Shown: positions 48,401-57,822 of the stretch, piece after piece
Numbering within the stretch: the first letter of the stretch is position 1
How the letters are laid out: every line of letters begins with the position of its first letter
Origin: Planctomycetota bacterium
GTDB lineage: Bacteria; Planctomycetota; Planctomycetia; Pirellulales; Pirellulaceae
Length of the DNA: 64,000 nt
Assembly: GCA_036339635.1 (NCBI GenBank)
Contig: JAYZAR010000043.1
Coordinates: 10,906-74,905 of the forward strand
Direction: 5' to 3'
Position numbers and translations under genes: made by a program
Notes under the pieces: generated by a model
Databases searched by the model: none
Told to the model about the DNA's origin: nothing
Seen by the model: only the letters and a program-made list of their open reading frames with translations

Positions 48401-48836
48401 GGCCGGGCGGCGGTTGTTCTTTGAGAACTCAAAGCTCTCTTGCGTTCGCTGTCACAAAGTTGACCGAGCTGGTGGGGAAGTCGGGCCAAACCTGACCTTG
48501 ATTGGCAGCCAAAAGAATCGTCGCTATTTGCTTGAATCAATCTGTTTGCCGAGTGCTCAGATCGCAAAGGGCTTTGAGACGGCGGTCATCGCCAATGATT
48601 CGGGGCAGGTGTTCACCGGAATTGTGAAATCTGAAACAGACGAGTACGTCGAATTAATACAAAATGATGGGAGCCAAGTTCGTATCCTGCAGGATGAGGT
48701 GAGTGCGAGGCGGAAAGGTCAGTCATCGATGCCCAGCGATTTAATTCAGCTCATGTCAACGCGTGAACTTCGAGATTTAGTTGCTTATCTGGCCAGTTTG
48801 CAGGTCGATTCGCGTGGAGCGGGCGAAACGGAGTGA
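45489..48836 (+). CDS. PVC-type heme-binding CxxCH protein (glucose/sorbosone dehydrogenase-like propeller + HEAT repeats + cytochrome c)
   Basis: 'LFAAEP', 'GPDGRLYFSVGD', 'GLRNP', 'GPDGALYISDW', HEAT-like region, CVRCH, 'VGPNLT', 'SSMP'. Confidence 0.92.
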   Translation: MFDSLRFGLLGFGFLIVSISIQAQQADFKQPEPLEPEIAAASDEGAEAMSAIRIPEGWEIALFAAEPDIANVVAFDIDHRGRIFACETFRQNRGVTDNRAHDEAWQLADLASETVQDRIDYHKRLLGEAAITYAQHDDRIRRLEDSDGDGKIDRSYVVANGFNRLEDGTGAGVLVRGNEIFYACIPKLWKLSDLDDDGNADQRKVLADGFGVRVAFRGHDMHGFVMGPDGRLYFSVGDRGYHVTTEDGRLLADPSSGAVFRCELDGSNLEVFATGLRNPQELAFNDVGDLFSVDNNSDSGDRARIVHLLEGGDSGWRMYYQYLPDRGPFNRERIWEPIHAGQPAYIVPPIANFSDGPSGFAHYPGTGFGDALKDTFFICDFRGGPANSGIRTFNLSPSGAFYQLETDSDPIWTVLATDLAFGPDGALYISDWVDGWDGLGKGRIYRLTDPEHRGTPVVKEVQQLLASQWSGQTTEQLISHLGHIDRRVRLESQWELARRADVATLIGVLNDAEAGKWKRLHAIWGIDQIARLEPGRRELLLAAIRPLLSDRDATLRAAAAKMVGERLDVGSTEKLQRLMSDKSDRVRYFACLSLAKLRAQPALATVIRMIAENKDRDPAIRHAGVIYLASLNQPEKIGWLSRHPSESVRLAAAVALRRLRSGELAKFLNDDSDVVVAEAARAIHDLPIPVAMQSLASLIDGDLAKGDLNRRILNANFRLGTEDAAKALGDYASRNSAPAEMRVEALRMLADWARPDPRDRVVNDYRPLSPRDQKQAAAALERHIESLVTAEDLVRDAAIEVAAGLGIRKIAPMLVERVGDSQIQPEQRATALESLARLQPAVAVNLAKQVKMLPPTELVPAALRVLATHDAKNSLPKFVQAIQSRNVIIRQLGWDILAKDETTDGRQVIADAVESWLRNELAPDVHLNVFEASKDKLDDDLQSKLDARLKAIEQSEPLGPWLMALEGGDVEAGRRLFFENSKLSCVRCHKVDRAGGEVGPNLTLIGSQKNRRYLLESICLPSAQIAKGFETAVIANDSGQVFTGIVKSETDEYVELIQNDGSQVRILQDEVSARRKGQSSMPSDLIQLMSTRELRDLVAYLASLQVDSRGAGETE

Positions 48837-49089
48837 CGGACCGGCGAAGCGGGACCTTGCTCCGTTGTAAGCTGCCTTGTTCGAAACGTTGGCCAAAGAT
48901 GCCGAGGGTTGTTTTGCCCCACCAGCAAACATGACCTATTCTTTCGAAAATCTTTTCAACTTGCACGGCCGCCGCAGATGGTGAATGGTCGTTTGAAATG
49001 AAAACGGCTTGTTGATCGGACTGTCACCTCCTACCTAAGTTAATCTTCCGGATGAGCATCCTTGTGGTGTAATAACCGGTCCATTAAGC

Positions 49090-49422
49090 ATGACCTGTCA
49101 CGAAATTGCACAGCGGCTCTCAACGCTCAATCCCAGTCTCTCGCCAGTTGACATTGCCAGATTGTCCCTGATGGTATTGGCTCAAGCGGAAGATCTGGAT
49201 CATCTGCGTGACGAACAAGCTCTAATTTTGGCTTGGAAGAGCGCTACGTTCCGCCTCGAATCAGCCTCGGATCAACATGCGGCAGTCGCGAATGAGCTCG
49301 ACTTGCTGTGCAGTGGTGGGCAGACTCCTTTCTCAAAAGAACAATTGTGGGTTTTGCTTCGAGCAGTCAAGGTGCAAAGTCAGATTTTGGAGCTTTACAA
49401 CGCGGAGCCCGCACTTGCCTAA
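49090..49422 (+). CDS. Hypothetical protein
   Basis: Clean ATG-started 110-aa ORF filling an intergenic gap, with protein-like composition. Confidence 0.7.
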   Translation: MTCHEIAQRLSTLNPSLSPVDIARLSLMVLAQAEDLDHLRDEQALILAWKSATFRLESASDQHAAVANELDLLCSGGQTPFSKEQLWVLLRAVKVQSQILELYNAEPALA

Positions 49423-49582
49423 CAGGTTTATTTCGGTCTTCTAGGGAGGCGGAGTGGACGCTGCTTGCGCCGCGACTTGGTGTTTCGGCGGGGTCAAACT
49501 CGCTGTCGACCCTCACTGCCATCAGCCGGTTCTTGCGAAGTCTTGAATGAATAACCGAGCAGAGTTCTGATCTTGATTTCTC

Positions 49583-50191
49583 TCAACGATCTTTTAGTTG
49601 CAGGACTGCGTCGCGAGCGCGCGCCAAGAAATCGTTTTTTGGTTCGCCAGATTCAAGGAAGATCGGTGGCCCAATCGTGATGCAGCTAAGCAGTGGGACT
49701 GGCAAGACCTCGCCACGTGGCAGGATTCGATTGACGTTGTCGATGTAAACTGGAACGAGTTCCAGGTCGGGCCGTTTTTTACCCATGTAGTATAGCCCGC
49801 TTTTGAAATTTCCCATTACGTCATCACTGGATGAACGCCCACCCTCGGGAAACATGATTAGCGAGTAGATATCGCCCATCTGATTCAACATGCTGTCGAT
49901 AGGACTCTTATGAACTTTGATCTCTTTACGATCAACGAGTAGTGCATTGAAGCTTGTCGCAATATGGGGCTTCAGCCATCCACGGGACCAATAATCTTTG
50001 GCTGCGACCGGTCGAGTGACACGCCGCAATTCGCGAGGCAACGCCGACCAGAGAACCACCGCATCAAGGTGGCTGGTGTGATTGGCAAAATAGATTCGTT
50101 GGCATGTATCGGGTTGGCAATCAATCCAGCGCACAGTGAAGCCGCTGAAAAGTTTCGCCAACAAAACGATTGCATGACTGGTTAATGTCAT
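49583..50191 (-). CDS. Lysophospholipid/1-acyl-sn-glycerol-3-phosphate acyltransferase (PlsC family)
   Basis: NHTSHLD (HxxxxD), 'RPVAAKDYW', FPEG. Confidence 0.93.
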   Translation of the reverse strand: MTLTSHAIVLLAKLFSGFTVRWIDCQPDTCQRIYFANHTSHLDAVVLWSALPRELRRVTRPVAAKDYWSRGWLKPHIATSFNALLVDRKEIKVHKSPIDSMLNQMGDIYSLIMFPEGGRSSSDDVMGNFKSGLYYMGKKRPDLELVPVYIDNVNRILPRGEVLPVPLLSCITIGPPIFLESGEPKNDFLARARDAVLQLKDR

Positions 50192-50242
50192 GTCAGTATT
50201 CTAGCCACCAATTGGATTCCCGTAAGCCGCGATGTGTTGGGA

Positions 50243-52582
50243 TCATTCAAGCTCGTTCTCGCCCGCGTTTTCACGTTGCTGCAGAGTAACAGGCCAACCG
50301 GGGAACTGGTTGTCCGGGTTGCCATCTGTAGCATCAATCAGGAAGCGAAACGAATCGATGGTGTAGGTTTTTTCCTCTGGGTCAACGGTGACGAGCCCAA
50401 AACCGCTCCCTTTTTGATGAGCTTTCTCATAGCGATTTTTTTTCGTTCCCACCTCGGGATTCCCGACGGCGTAAACGTAAATTTTATTGCCGAGTCCGTC
50501 CTGGTATTCGCCGGTATTTTCGAGTCCATGCTGGGGACGGTTTTCGTGGGGCATCCCCAATTCATCAGGTCGCCACCAGCGTGGGTATCCTGCCGAAATC
50601 GCAGGGGAGCAAAAGGACCAAAACCCATCACGTTGAGAATCGACGCCGTACTGCAGAAGGGAAGACAGGTGTTGATCGCCATTGAGGTGCAGTGGCATCC
50701 CTTCACCAAGAATCTTGATTGCTCGGTCGCGGGCGGTTTGCGGCCATCCGCCTGAGTCGAGGTCAGCTTTGAGGTATCCGTCGTATCGCCCATGGTGAGT
50801 AGCAACGCCGGCGAAGACGGTTTGGCTGAGCACAATTTTCATCGTGTGGCCGCGCCAGTCACTCGACCATCGCTTCAAGAACGCTTCTTGCCGCTCACCA
50901 AGCAAGACTAAGCCAGGTTTGTCGAGGGTGCGCGTATTAAAGTCGGGATCGCGTACATGGTCAGCGCGGCCACTCCCGGTGTCGACTCGTTGGGGGCCAC
51001 TTTTCCATTGGCGGTCTCCCAGGATGACGAAACCAACACCTCCGTAAACCATATCGCCGTAATAAACACTGATTCCTTGTTGGACGGGGGTTGGATCGTC
51101 ATAGTCGGGGTGGTGCGCGGCGTTCGTCTTGTGAACCACGTTGACCATTCGGGCCGGCTCACGGTACCCACCGTTGGAGGATGCACCCCCGGTTTGAATA
51201 TCCATCGGGGCGCCACCTTCTCCCCAAATATTTCCTTGGAAAACATCGTGATCATCAGGGATGCAAAGTGTTGGCCGGTCCCGCATCGCTTCGCGGAATG
51301 ACCATCCAAACATATAGTACTTGCGAAGGTAGTTCAGAATCGCCGCATCGGCCGGTTCTCGAATGAGTCCGTAACCGCCGTGGCTTTCGTATAACTGATC
51401 GCCGGAAAAGTAAAGTAGGTCGGGATCGAGTCGTACCAGATTGTTCGCGACCGGTTCATAGGGAAAGCCGTAATGGTTTTGGCAGGTCAGTGAGGCAATA
51501 CGAAGTGGCCGACCGCTGGGGTTGGGTTTGATTTTTCCAGACCACGCCGACTCTTTCTCGACGCCATCGATCCCACGCTCGCGGTAAATCAATCGGTAGG
51601 GTGTTTCGGCAGTCTCATCCCAATTGGGAATTCGAAATGTTGCTGTCCATGCATCCGAATCGAGTTCTGCTTTACCAAGCGATTGCCAGCCTGAATCGCG
51701 TTGGACAGCTAATTCGACCTCTTGGCTGTCTTGCTCACCGAGTGGGCCAGTCAGGGCACTCATTTTTAATACGAAGCCTTCGTCGCTGCGTGAATCACTC
51801 AGCGAATACATTGACCACAGAATGGGGCCGAACGTGCGACTCAAGTCTTCGGTGAAGGCTGTTCCTCCCACAACCCAGTCTTTGAATCGATAGCGAGAGC
51901 CTTGGACTTTATTTTTGGTTGCTTGAAAATTATTGACGAGTGCCACATTTCCTAGGACGGAGTCGGCTGCGACGGTTTGAGTTAACTGCCCCAACATTTC
52001 ACCGTCTTTGGATGGATCGGTGATTGTCAGCGTCAATAGGTAGCGATCACGAACAGCTTTCCCTCGCAACTTTAGCTTCAAAGGTCGCGCCATATCAATA
52101 TCGAGGGCGGCTTGCTGACGCCCCAAGATTATCTTTCCAGCTTCGATTCCCGCGTCAACGCCGCTACCGGAAAAACTGTTGCTGCGGTATTCGTTTAGCT
52201 CACTGCGACTGCCGACCCGGAACCCAACACCACCATCCTTTTCGCCCGACTCGACCTGTTGAACGGTAACTTCCATATCGATGGTGCCGCCCGCGTCGGT
52301 GACTTGATGCGTGATCAATTGCAGGTTTCGGTTACCACCTTTGCTTTGGCATTCAGCAGCGCCGTCGATGACTCGCCAATCCTCCATTGGGTTGGCCCAG
52401 ATTTGGCCGCAGAGCCAGACTCGGTCATGGGTATTTGACCAGGAAATGGTGGTCGACAGCGTTGCGTTTCGGGTGGCCAGAGGGATCGCTTGCTCCGCCG
52501 CCCCCACTGGTCGGCCAATTCCCAGTGCGGTGCTGCCAAGTCCGATTAGTTTCAATGCGAGGCGACGACTGGTTTTGATCAT
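50243..52582 (-). CDS. Alkaline phosphatase D (PhoD)-family metallophosphoesterase, Tat-exported
   Basis: 'SRRLALK' Tat motif, 'FSGDQLYE', 'PDDHD', 'GDQH'. Confidence 0.85.
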   Translation of the reverse strand: MIKTSRRLALKLIGLGSTALGIGRPVGAAEQAIPLATRNATLSTTISWSNTHDRVWLCGQIWANPMEDWRVIDGAAECQSKGGNRNLQLITHQVTDAGGTIDMEVTVQQVESGEKDGGVGFRVGSRSELNEYRSNSFSGSGVDAGIEAGKIILGRQQAALDIDMARPLKLKLRGKAVRDRYLLTLTITDPSKDGEMLGQLTQTVAADSVLGNVALVNNFQATKNKVQGSRYRFKDWVVGGTAFTEDLSRTFGPILWSMYSLSDSRSDEGFVLKMSALTGPLGEQDSQEVELAVQRDSGWQSLGKAELDSDAWTATFRIPNWDETAETPYRLIYRERGIDGVEKESAWSGKIKPNPSGRPLRIASLTCQNHYGFPYEPVANNLVRLDPDLLYFSGDQLYESHGGYGLIREPADAAILNYLRKYYMFGWSFREAMRDRPTLCIPDDHDVFQGNIWGEGGAPMDIQTGGASSNGGYREPARMVNVVHKTNAAHHPDYDDPTPVQQGISVYYGDMVYGGVGFVILGDRQWKSGPQRVDTGSGRADHVRDPDFNTRTLDKPGLVLLGERQEAFLKRWSSDWRGHTMKIVLSQTVFAGVATHHGRYDGYLKADLDSGGWPQTARDRAIKILGEGMPLHLNGDQHLSSLLQYGVDSQRDGFWSFCSPAISAGYPRWWRPDELGMPHENRPQHGLENTGEYQDGLGNKIYVYAVGNPEVGTKKNRYEKAHQKGSGFGLVTVDPEEKTYTIDSFRFLIDATDGNPDNQFPGWPVTLQQRENAGENELE

Positions 52583-52630
52583 AATCCACCGTTTAGAACT
52601 TTGAAAGAAGTTGAGCCGGTTGGCGATGGT

Positions 52631-54556
52631 TTAGAGCTCGATACCAGACTTTCCATCCCAACGGACAAATCCTTCGATGGCGGCATATTCAGCCATCCCG
52701 AGTGCATCATAGCGACCTGCTGTATCAGCATTGCGAGCTTCCGCGCGTTGCCAGAATTCCCGAACATCCGATCCGGGGAACAACGCACGATCTTTTTGCG
52801 ACTCGTGTTTAAAAATCGCAACTCGCTTTCTGTCCACTTCCTGCGGACTGAGTGGGACCGCCATGTCTATCTCGCTTGGTGCCCATTCCTGCCAAGCTCC
52901 ACGGTAGAGCCATACCGCACAGGCTTCGTACCAGGGATCGTTCTGACAAACGAGACAAGATTGCAAGATGACCGAAAGGCAGGTTCGGTGAGTACCGTGC
53001 GGATCGGAAAGATCGCCTGCGGCGTAAATTTGATGGGGTTTGACTCGCCGCATCAGGTCGACTGTGATGTCGATATCTTTCTCGGAGATCGGGCTCTTTT
53101 TGATTCGACCGGTCTGATAGAAGGGCAGATCCAAAAAGTGCAACTGGTCATCAGCGACGCCGCAGCAGCGTGCTCCTTCCCTCGCCTCGCCACGGCGAAT
53201 GAGGCCTTTGAGTTGTTGCATCTGCGTACTGTCGATCTGGCCCGATTTTTTGTTCCGCAGGAATTCATCGAAATGGGATTGAAGCTGACCTAAGCCTTCA
53301 GCCTGGATATCGAATTCACTGCAGAAATCTTCAACGAACTCAGCAAAACGTAATGCGTCTTCGTCAAAGACAGCGATGTTGCCGGAAGTTTGATAAGCGA
53401 TATGGACTTCATGTTTTTGGTCGACTAGCCGAATTAGTGTGCCGCCCATGGAGATGACATCATCATCAGGATGTGGAGAAAACAGAATCACTCGCTTCGG
53501 GTAAATATCATCGCGATGGCCGGGGCGATCACCAAGTTGTTTGGCATGTTTTGGTTTTCCGCCCGGCCAGCCAATGATGGTCGATTGAAGATGTCGAAAG
53601 ACTCGCAAATTGATGTCATAAGCACTTCCGTGGGCGGCCAGTAAGTCTTGTAATCCGTGTTCGTTGTAATCTGCGTCGGTCAATTTCAGTATCGCTTTGC
53701 CGACACCTTCCGCCAAGTCGATGACGGCCCGTCGTGTGATCTGGTCATCCCAGGTTATTTCGCCGAGCAGCCAGGGATATTGAATTCTGGTTAACGTCGA
53801 TGCAGCGGCATCATCCAGTAAAAAGCAAGCGTTGGGATGATCTTGAATGAAGGTCGCGGGGACGGATGCATTGACATATCCTTCGACGGTTCGAGAGACG
53901 ATTTCGGCCTTTCCCTCGCCGTAGGCCAGTATCAAAATTCGTCGGGCTTCCAAAATGGTGCCAACGCCTACAGTGATTCCGTGTCTTGGTACATTTTCGG
54001 CACCGAAAAAATCGCTAGCAGCGTCTGTTCGCGTGACACGATCCAGCGTGATCATTCGAGTCCTTGATGCTCGGTCCGAGCCGGGCTCGTTCAATCCAAT
54101 ATGACCCGTTCGGCTTACACCGACCAACTGAATGTCGATTCCGCCAGCATCACGAATCTGCTGCTCGTATAGCTGGCAAAAAGCGTTCACCTCATCTCTG
54201 GGCGCAGATCCATCTGGAATGTGAACATTGCTTGGTTGTATGTCCACGTGGTCGAAAAGGTGTTCATGCATAAACCGTGCGATGCTTTGCAATTCGAACG
54301 GTTGCATCGGGAAGTATTCTGTCAAATTGAACGTAATCACGTTTGCGAATGACAGTCCCTCATCGCGATGCATACGCACCAATTCATTGTAGACGTTCGC
54401 GGGCGATGATCCGGCAACGAGGCCGAGTACGCATGTCTTACCTTCCTTGGCATTGTTTCGAATCAGCTCCGCTATCTCCTTTGCGGCTGCCACACTTGCA
54501 TCGGACGCGCGTTCAAAGATGCGGCAAGGGACTCGTTCATTCGGGTAGCTATTCAC
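52631..54556 (-). CDS. nagB: Glucosamine-6-phosphate deaminase-like domain fused to PIG-L deacetylase domain
   Basis: NagB fold 'GHIGLNEPGS..SRTR', but FNLTEY replaces FNLDEY. PIG-L motifs 'SPHPDDD', 'DPHGTH', 'HESQ'. Confidence 0.88.
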   Translation of the reverse strand: MNSYPNERVPCRIFERASDASVAAAKEIAELIRNNAKEGKTCVLGLVAGSSPANVYNELVRMHRDEGLSFANVITFNLTEYFPMQPFELQSIARFMHEHLFDHVDIQPSNVHIPDGSAPRDEVNAFCQLYEQQIRDAGGIDIQLVGVSRTGHIGLNEPGSDRASRTRMITLDRVTRTDAASDFFGAENVPRHGITVGVGTILEARRILILAYGEGKAEIVSRTVEGYVNASVPATFIQDHPNACFLLDDAAASTLTRIQYPWLLGEITWDDQITRRAVIDLAEGVGKAILKLTDADYNEHGLQDLLAAHGSAYDINLRVFRHLQSTIIGWPGGKPKHAKQLGDRPGHRDDIYPKRVILFSPHPDDDVISMGGTLIRLVDQKHEVHIAYQTSGNIAVFDEDALRFAEFVEDFCSEFDIQAEGLGQLQSHFDEFLRNKKSGQIDSTQMQQLKGLIRRGEAREGARCCGVADDQLHFLDLPFYQTGRIKKSPISEKDIDITVDLMRRVKPHQIYAAGDLSDPHGTHRTCLSVILQSCLVCQNDPWYEACAVWLYRGAWQEWAPSEIDMAVPLSPQEVDRKRVAIFKHESQKDRALFPGSDVREFWQRAEARNADTAGRYDALGMAEYAAIEGFVRWDGKSGIEL

Positions 54557-55572
54557 GGCTGAGACACCTGTTTTGCGATCATCGCTGCGCCCAGCACACC
54601 TGCATCGTTACCGAGTGTGGCGAAATCAACTTGCATGTTAGTTCCAACTTGCACGAGTGTGGTGGCTTTGACAGTAGCGCGAACACGTTCCAAGAATCGC
54701 CGTCCCGTATTCGTTGCGTTGCCACCGAACGTCATTGCGCCTCCAAGCAGAACGACTTCTGGGTCGATTATCTGGCCGAGCATACCAATGGCTTGCCCCA
54801 CATATTGAGCCGTTTCGTCGATCAATTCCTGGCACACCCGAGAGCCCTTTTCAGCCTCCGCAGCGATGTTCAACGGAGTGACTTGATTTGACAATAATTC
54901 CGCGGAGAAATGGCTTGGTCCTTCCGCCTCGATCGCGGATCGTAAGCGGTTGATTAAACCGCCGGCAGCTGCATACGATTCCAGATGGCCACGACTTCCG
55001 CAGGTGCAAGGTAAGGCATCGTCATCAAAGCGAATGGCAATGTGGCCGAGTTCACCTGCACAGCCGTGGTCACCGCCATAGGGACTGCCGCTGACCACCA
55101 AGCCGCAACCGATGCCGGTTCCGAGTGTGATTAGTGCTAAGGAGCGATCCCCAAACAACCGAGAGGAGTGTTCTGCATAAGCCGCCGAATTCGCATCGTT
55201 GACGACTGCCGAGGGGAGACTCGAGGCGTCGCAGAGCAGTTCGAGCAGCGGTTGGCCATGCCATCCCGGCAAATTGACGACTTCCCTGAGCTCGAAAGCT
55301 CGTGTGTCGAGTACGCCGGGCACAGCTAATCCGACCCCCGCGAGGTCGCGTTCCGAACGAGCCAAATCTTCAAGCTGTTGCATGGCAAATTGCATGGCAA
55401 AGTCAAAGATGCGTTGAGGTGTGCCCAGTTCGGGGGTTGGAGTCATGCCACGCCGGTGCACGGTACCCCCGGCATCGACCAATCCCAGCTTGACGTTGGT
55501 GCCGCCAACGTCGATTCCAAGAAACAGTTTTTCCACGAAATCAACATCGGTGGAGGGTATCTGACGCGTCAT
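54553..55572 (-). CDS. ROK family sugar kinase (glucokinase/GlcNAc kinase-like)
   Basis: GIDVGGT, NDAN, TLGTGIG, GELGH, CTCGSRGHLE. Overlaps the nagB start by 4 bp. Confidence 0.92.
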   Translation of the reverse strand: MTRQIPSTDVDFVEKLFLGIDVGGTNVKLGLVDAGGTVHRRGMTPTPELGTPQRIFDFAMQFAMQQLEDLARSERDLAGVGLAVPGVLDTRAFELREVVNLPGWHGQPLLELLCDASSLPSAVVNDANSAAYAEHSSRLFGDRSLALITLGTGIGCGLVVSGSPYGGDHGCAGELGHIAIRFDDDALPCTCGSRGHLESYAAAGGLINRLRSAIEAEGPSHFSAELLSNQVTPLNIAAEAEKGSRVCQELIDETAQYVGQAIGMLGQIIDPEVVLLGGAMTFGGNATNTGRRFLERVRATVKATTLVQVGTNMQVDFATLGNDAGVLGAAMIAKQVSQP

Positions 55573-55685
55573 AAGGTTTTGCAGTATAGCGTTGGAATCT
55601 GGGTGCTTGGCCCCAGTCGCCAGGCCCTATGTTAATTCGAGCCCTCTGCGATGGATAACCGTCATCCTGCTGGGGCGGCAGGCCC

Positions 55686-56486
55686 TTATTTGGACGGTTG
55701 GAGGCCTTCGGGAAGTCGTCCTTCAGCGACTTCTTCGTCCCACTGGTCCATTAGAGGCCAGCGGTCAGCGAGCGTGCCGAAGTCGGCCATTTGCAGGTAT
55801 CCCTTCACTCGCTGGATCGTCTTATTCAACAACTCGGGGTCATTGCGGAAGATCGGGCCGTGGCTAGGGGCCAGCCACTTGACGTCGCTATCACGGATTC
55901 GCTCAAGCGATCGGACGAATGCCTTGATGTCGCTTCCATGGTGAGCATCAATCGCCCCAATACAACCATCGCGGTAGATGTTGTCACCGCTCATCAAGAC
56001 ATCTCCCATGCGAAATGCCAACTGGCTGTCAGTGTGGCCTGGCGTGTGCCAAACCTCCAGTTCCAGAGACCCAACTGAGATGGTGTCTCCATCTTGGACC
56101 TGATGTTCGATTTTCACTGGTGGCATCGAAAGCTTTAAATCTTGAGCTTCGATCTCGGCAAGCGTGATGAGTGTGTCCCCAGATTCCAGTGGTCTCACTG
56201 CATTCGAATGTGCTGTCACAGAGGTTTTGAGGGTTTGCTTCGCTTTGGCTAGGCCTTGGATGTGGTCCACATCGGCGTGGGTCGCGATTAGCGTTTTGCA
56301 TTGTGAAAAAGGAAAATCGAGTTGCCGAATGATCTCAACGAAATCTTCGACCGTTTCCTCGTAGCCGATGTCAATCAGCAACCACTCGTTCGCGTCATAG
56401 ACCAGATAAACATTGCAACCAAGCACTTCACCAGCTTGGAAATTGAGCTCGATAATGCCCGGGAAGATTGGTTTTCTATCAATCAT
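55686..56486 (-). CDS. Metallo-beta-lactamase fold hydrolase
   Basis: THADVDH, TPGHT, SGD, PSHG. Confidence 0.9.
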   Translation of the reverse strand: MIDRKPIFPGIIELNFQAGEVLGCNVYLVYDANEWLLIDIGYEETVEDFVEIIRQLDFPFSQCKTLIATHADVDHIQGLAKAKQTLKTSVTAHSNAVRPLESGDTLITLAEIEAQDLKLSMPPVKIEHQVQDGDTISVGSLELEVWHTPGHTDSQLAFRMGDVLMSGDNIYRDGCIGAIDAHHGSDIKAFVRSLERIRDSDVKWLAPSHGPIFRNDPELLNKTIQRVKGYLQMADFGTLADRWPLMDQWDEEVAEGRLPEGLQPSK

Positions 56487-56824
56487 GATGCAGAGATGCG
56501 AGAACACTTGCAGTTAAGAAGTTATTGTACGAACTGGAGATTTTTAAGCCAGCACCCACACGCTTTCTGTGCGATTCCCTCTCTTGAGCTAAATCTTCAT
56601 CTAAATGGACTGCAAACTTATGCAAAACCGCTTCGCATTTGGATTGTCGACTGGGCGATTTCATGCCAATTGGCCAACGGATCGACCGATTCGGCCAGCC
56701 TGTTTGTCGCGTCTCGGTCGGTCCGCGCGGACTGATCGAAGCCGTCGAGGTGTTTGCGGAGGCGTTTAATTTGGGGGGGAATATGAACCCCATAACGGCT
56801 TGCTCGTTTGGTCCAGATTGGCTG

Positions 56825-57796
56825 TCAGTCCGCTGGTTTGGTCTCTGAGGTGATCGCCGCCAGTGTTTGGGCCAAGCCTTCTCGGTAACTGGGGAAACGC
56901 AGTATGGGAATTAAATCGGATTTCATTCGTGAATTACGAATTCGTTTGTTGCTCTCCGATCGCGCCGACTTCGGCGAGTCTGGTTTAGGGATCACAAACT
57001 GAGGTTCTGGTGAATTGGTTTGTTTCGCGATTTCACCGTAAAAATCGCCCCGACGAACCGGTTGGTCATCACTTACCAAATAGAGCGAGTGAGGTTGGCT
57101 ATTCCAAGATTGAATGACCGCGCGAGTTGCATCTTGAACATGAATCAAGTTCAGGTAACCCTCTTGCATCGATGCGATTGGCTTCCCTGCGATGACATCG
57201 GCTGCACGGGGAACACGGCCCGGACCATAGATACCGGACAGACGCAAGATAGTTCTCTGTGCTGACGCACTCGCGGATGCAAGACAGGCCTCGGCTTCGA
57301 GGTGGACTTTTCCGCCCGCCCGCTGCGGGGATGTCGGGGAGGATTCGTCGATCCAGCTGCCATCGGTCTGATGGTAAACACCAGTTGTGCTGATATAGCA
57401 GATTTGAGTGGTGGGGTGGAGTTTGTCGAGTAGATTGGTGAAACCGCCGACTTGGGATTGCCAACGCGATTGCGAACTGGTTCGGTCATAGCTAACGGCG
57501 ACTAGCACTCGCTCTACTCGGGGCAGATCTCGCAGTGTGGCAGGTTCACACCAATCGGCGATGATGGGCTCAAATCCGGTCTCGCTGAGTAGCTCGGCCT
57601 TCTCTCGGCTTCGTGTGGTGGCCCAAACGCGAGTCCCGGAAGCAAGCAGAGATTCAGCGACCGATCTTCCCAAGTAACCGCAGCCGAACACCAAAGCACC
57701 TGATGAATCGGAACTGCCGGCACCGGAGGGGGGCGAAACTTTGGGTGAAGTTGTCGGTTTTCTACGGTAGGGAGTCACTTTTTCCGTTTGGCTCAT
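56825..57796 (-). CDS. NAD-dependent epimerase/dehydratase (atypical SDR, YeeZ-like)
   Basis: GCGYLG, 'YISTTGVY', 'LRLSGIYGPGR', 'NLIHVQD'. Confidence 0.9.
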   Translation of the reverse strand: MSQTEKVTPYRRKPTTSPKVSPPSGAGSSDSSGALVFGCGYLGRSVAESLLASGTRVWATTRSREKAELLSETGFEPIIADWCEPATLRDLPRVERVLVAVSYDRTSSQSRWQSQVGGFTNLLDKLHPTTQICYISTTGVYHQTDGSWIDESSPTSPQRAGGKVHLEAEACLASASASAQRTILRLSGIYGPGRVPRAADVIAGKPIASMQEGYLNLIHVQDATRAVIQSWNSQPHSLYLVSDDQPVRRGDFYGEIAKQTNSPEPQFVIPKPDSPKSARSESNKRIRNSRMKSDLIPILRFPSYREGLAQTLAAITSETKPAD

Positions 57797-57822
57797 TAGT
57801 GGCTACAATGGGTTTTCTGGAG

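Noticed and set aside
55686-56486. Antibiotic-resistance metallo-beta-lactamase
   Set aside because: No signal peptide and a variant HxDxDH motif. It is a generic MBL-fold hydrolase.
57613-57822. Long 5' extension of the HtrA ORF overlapping the divergent SDR gene
   Set aside because: Non-protein-like sequence from an upstream alternative start codon. The real start is likely at or after 57823.
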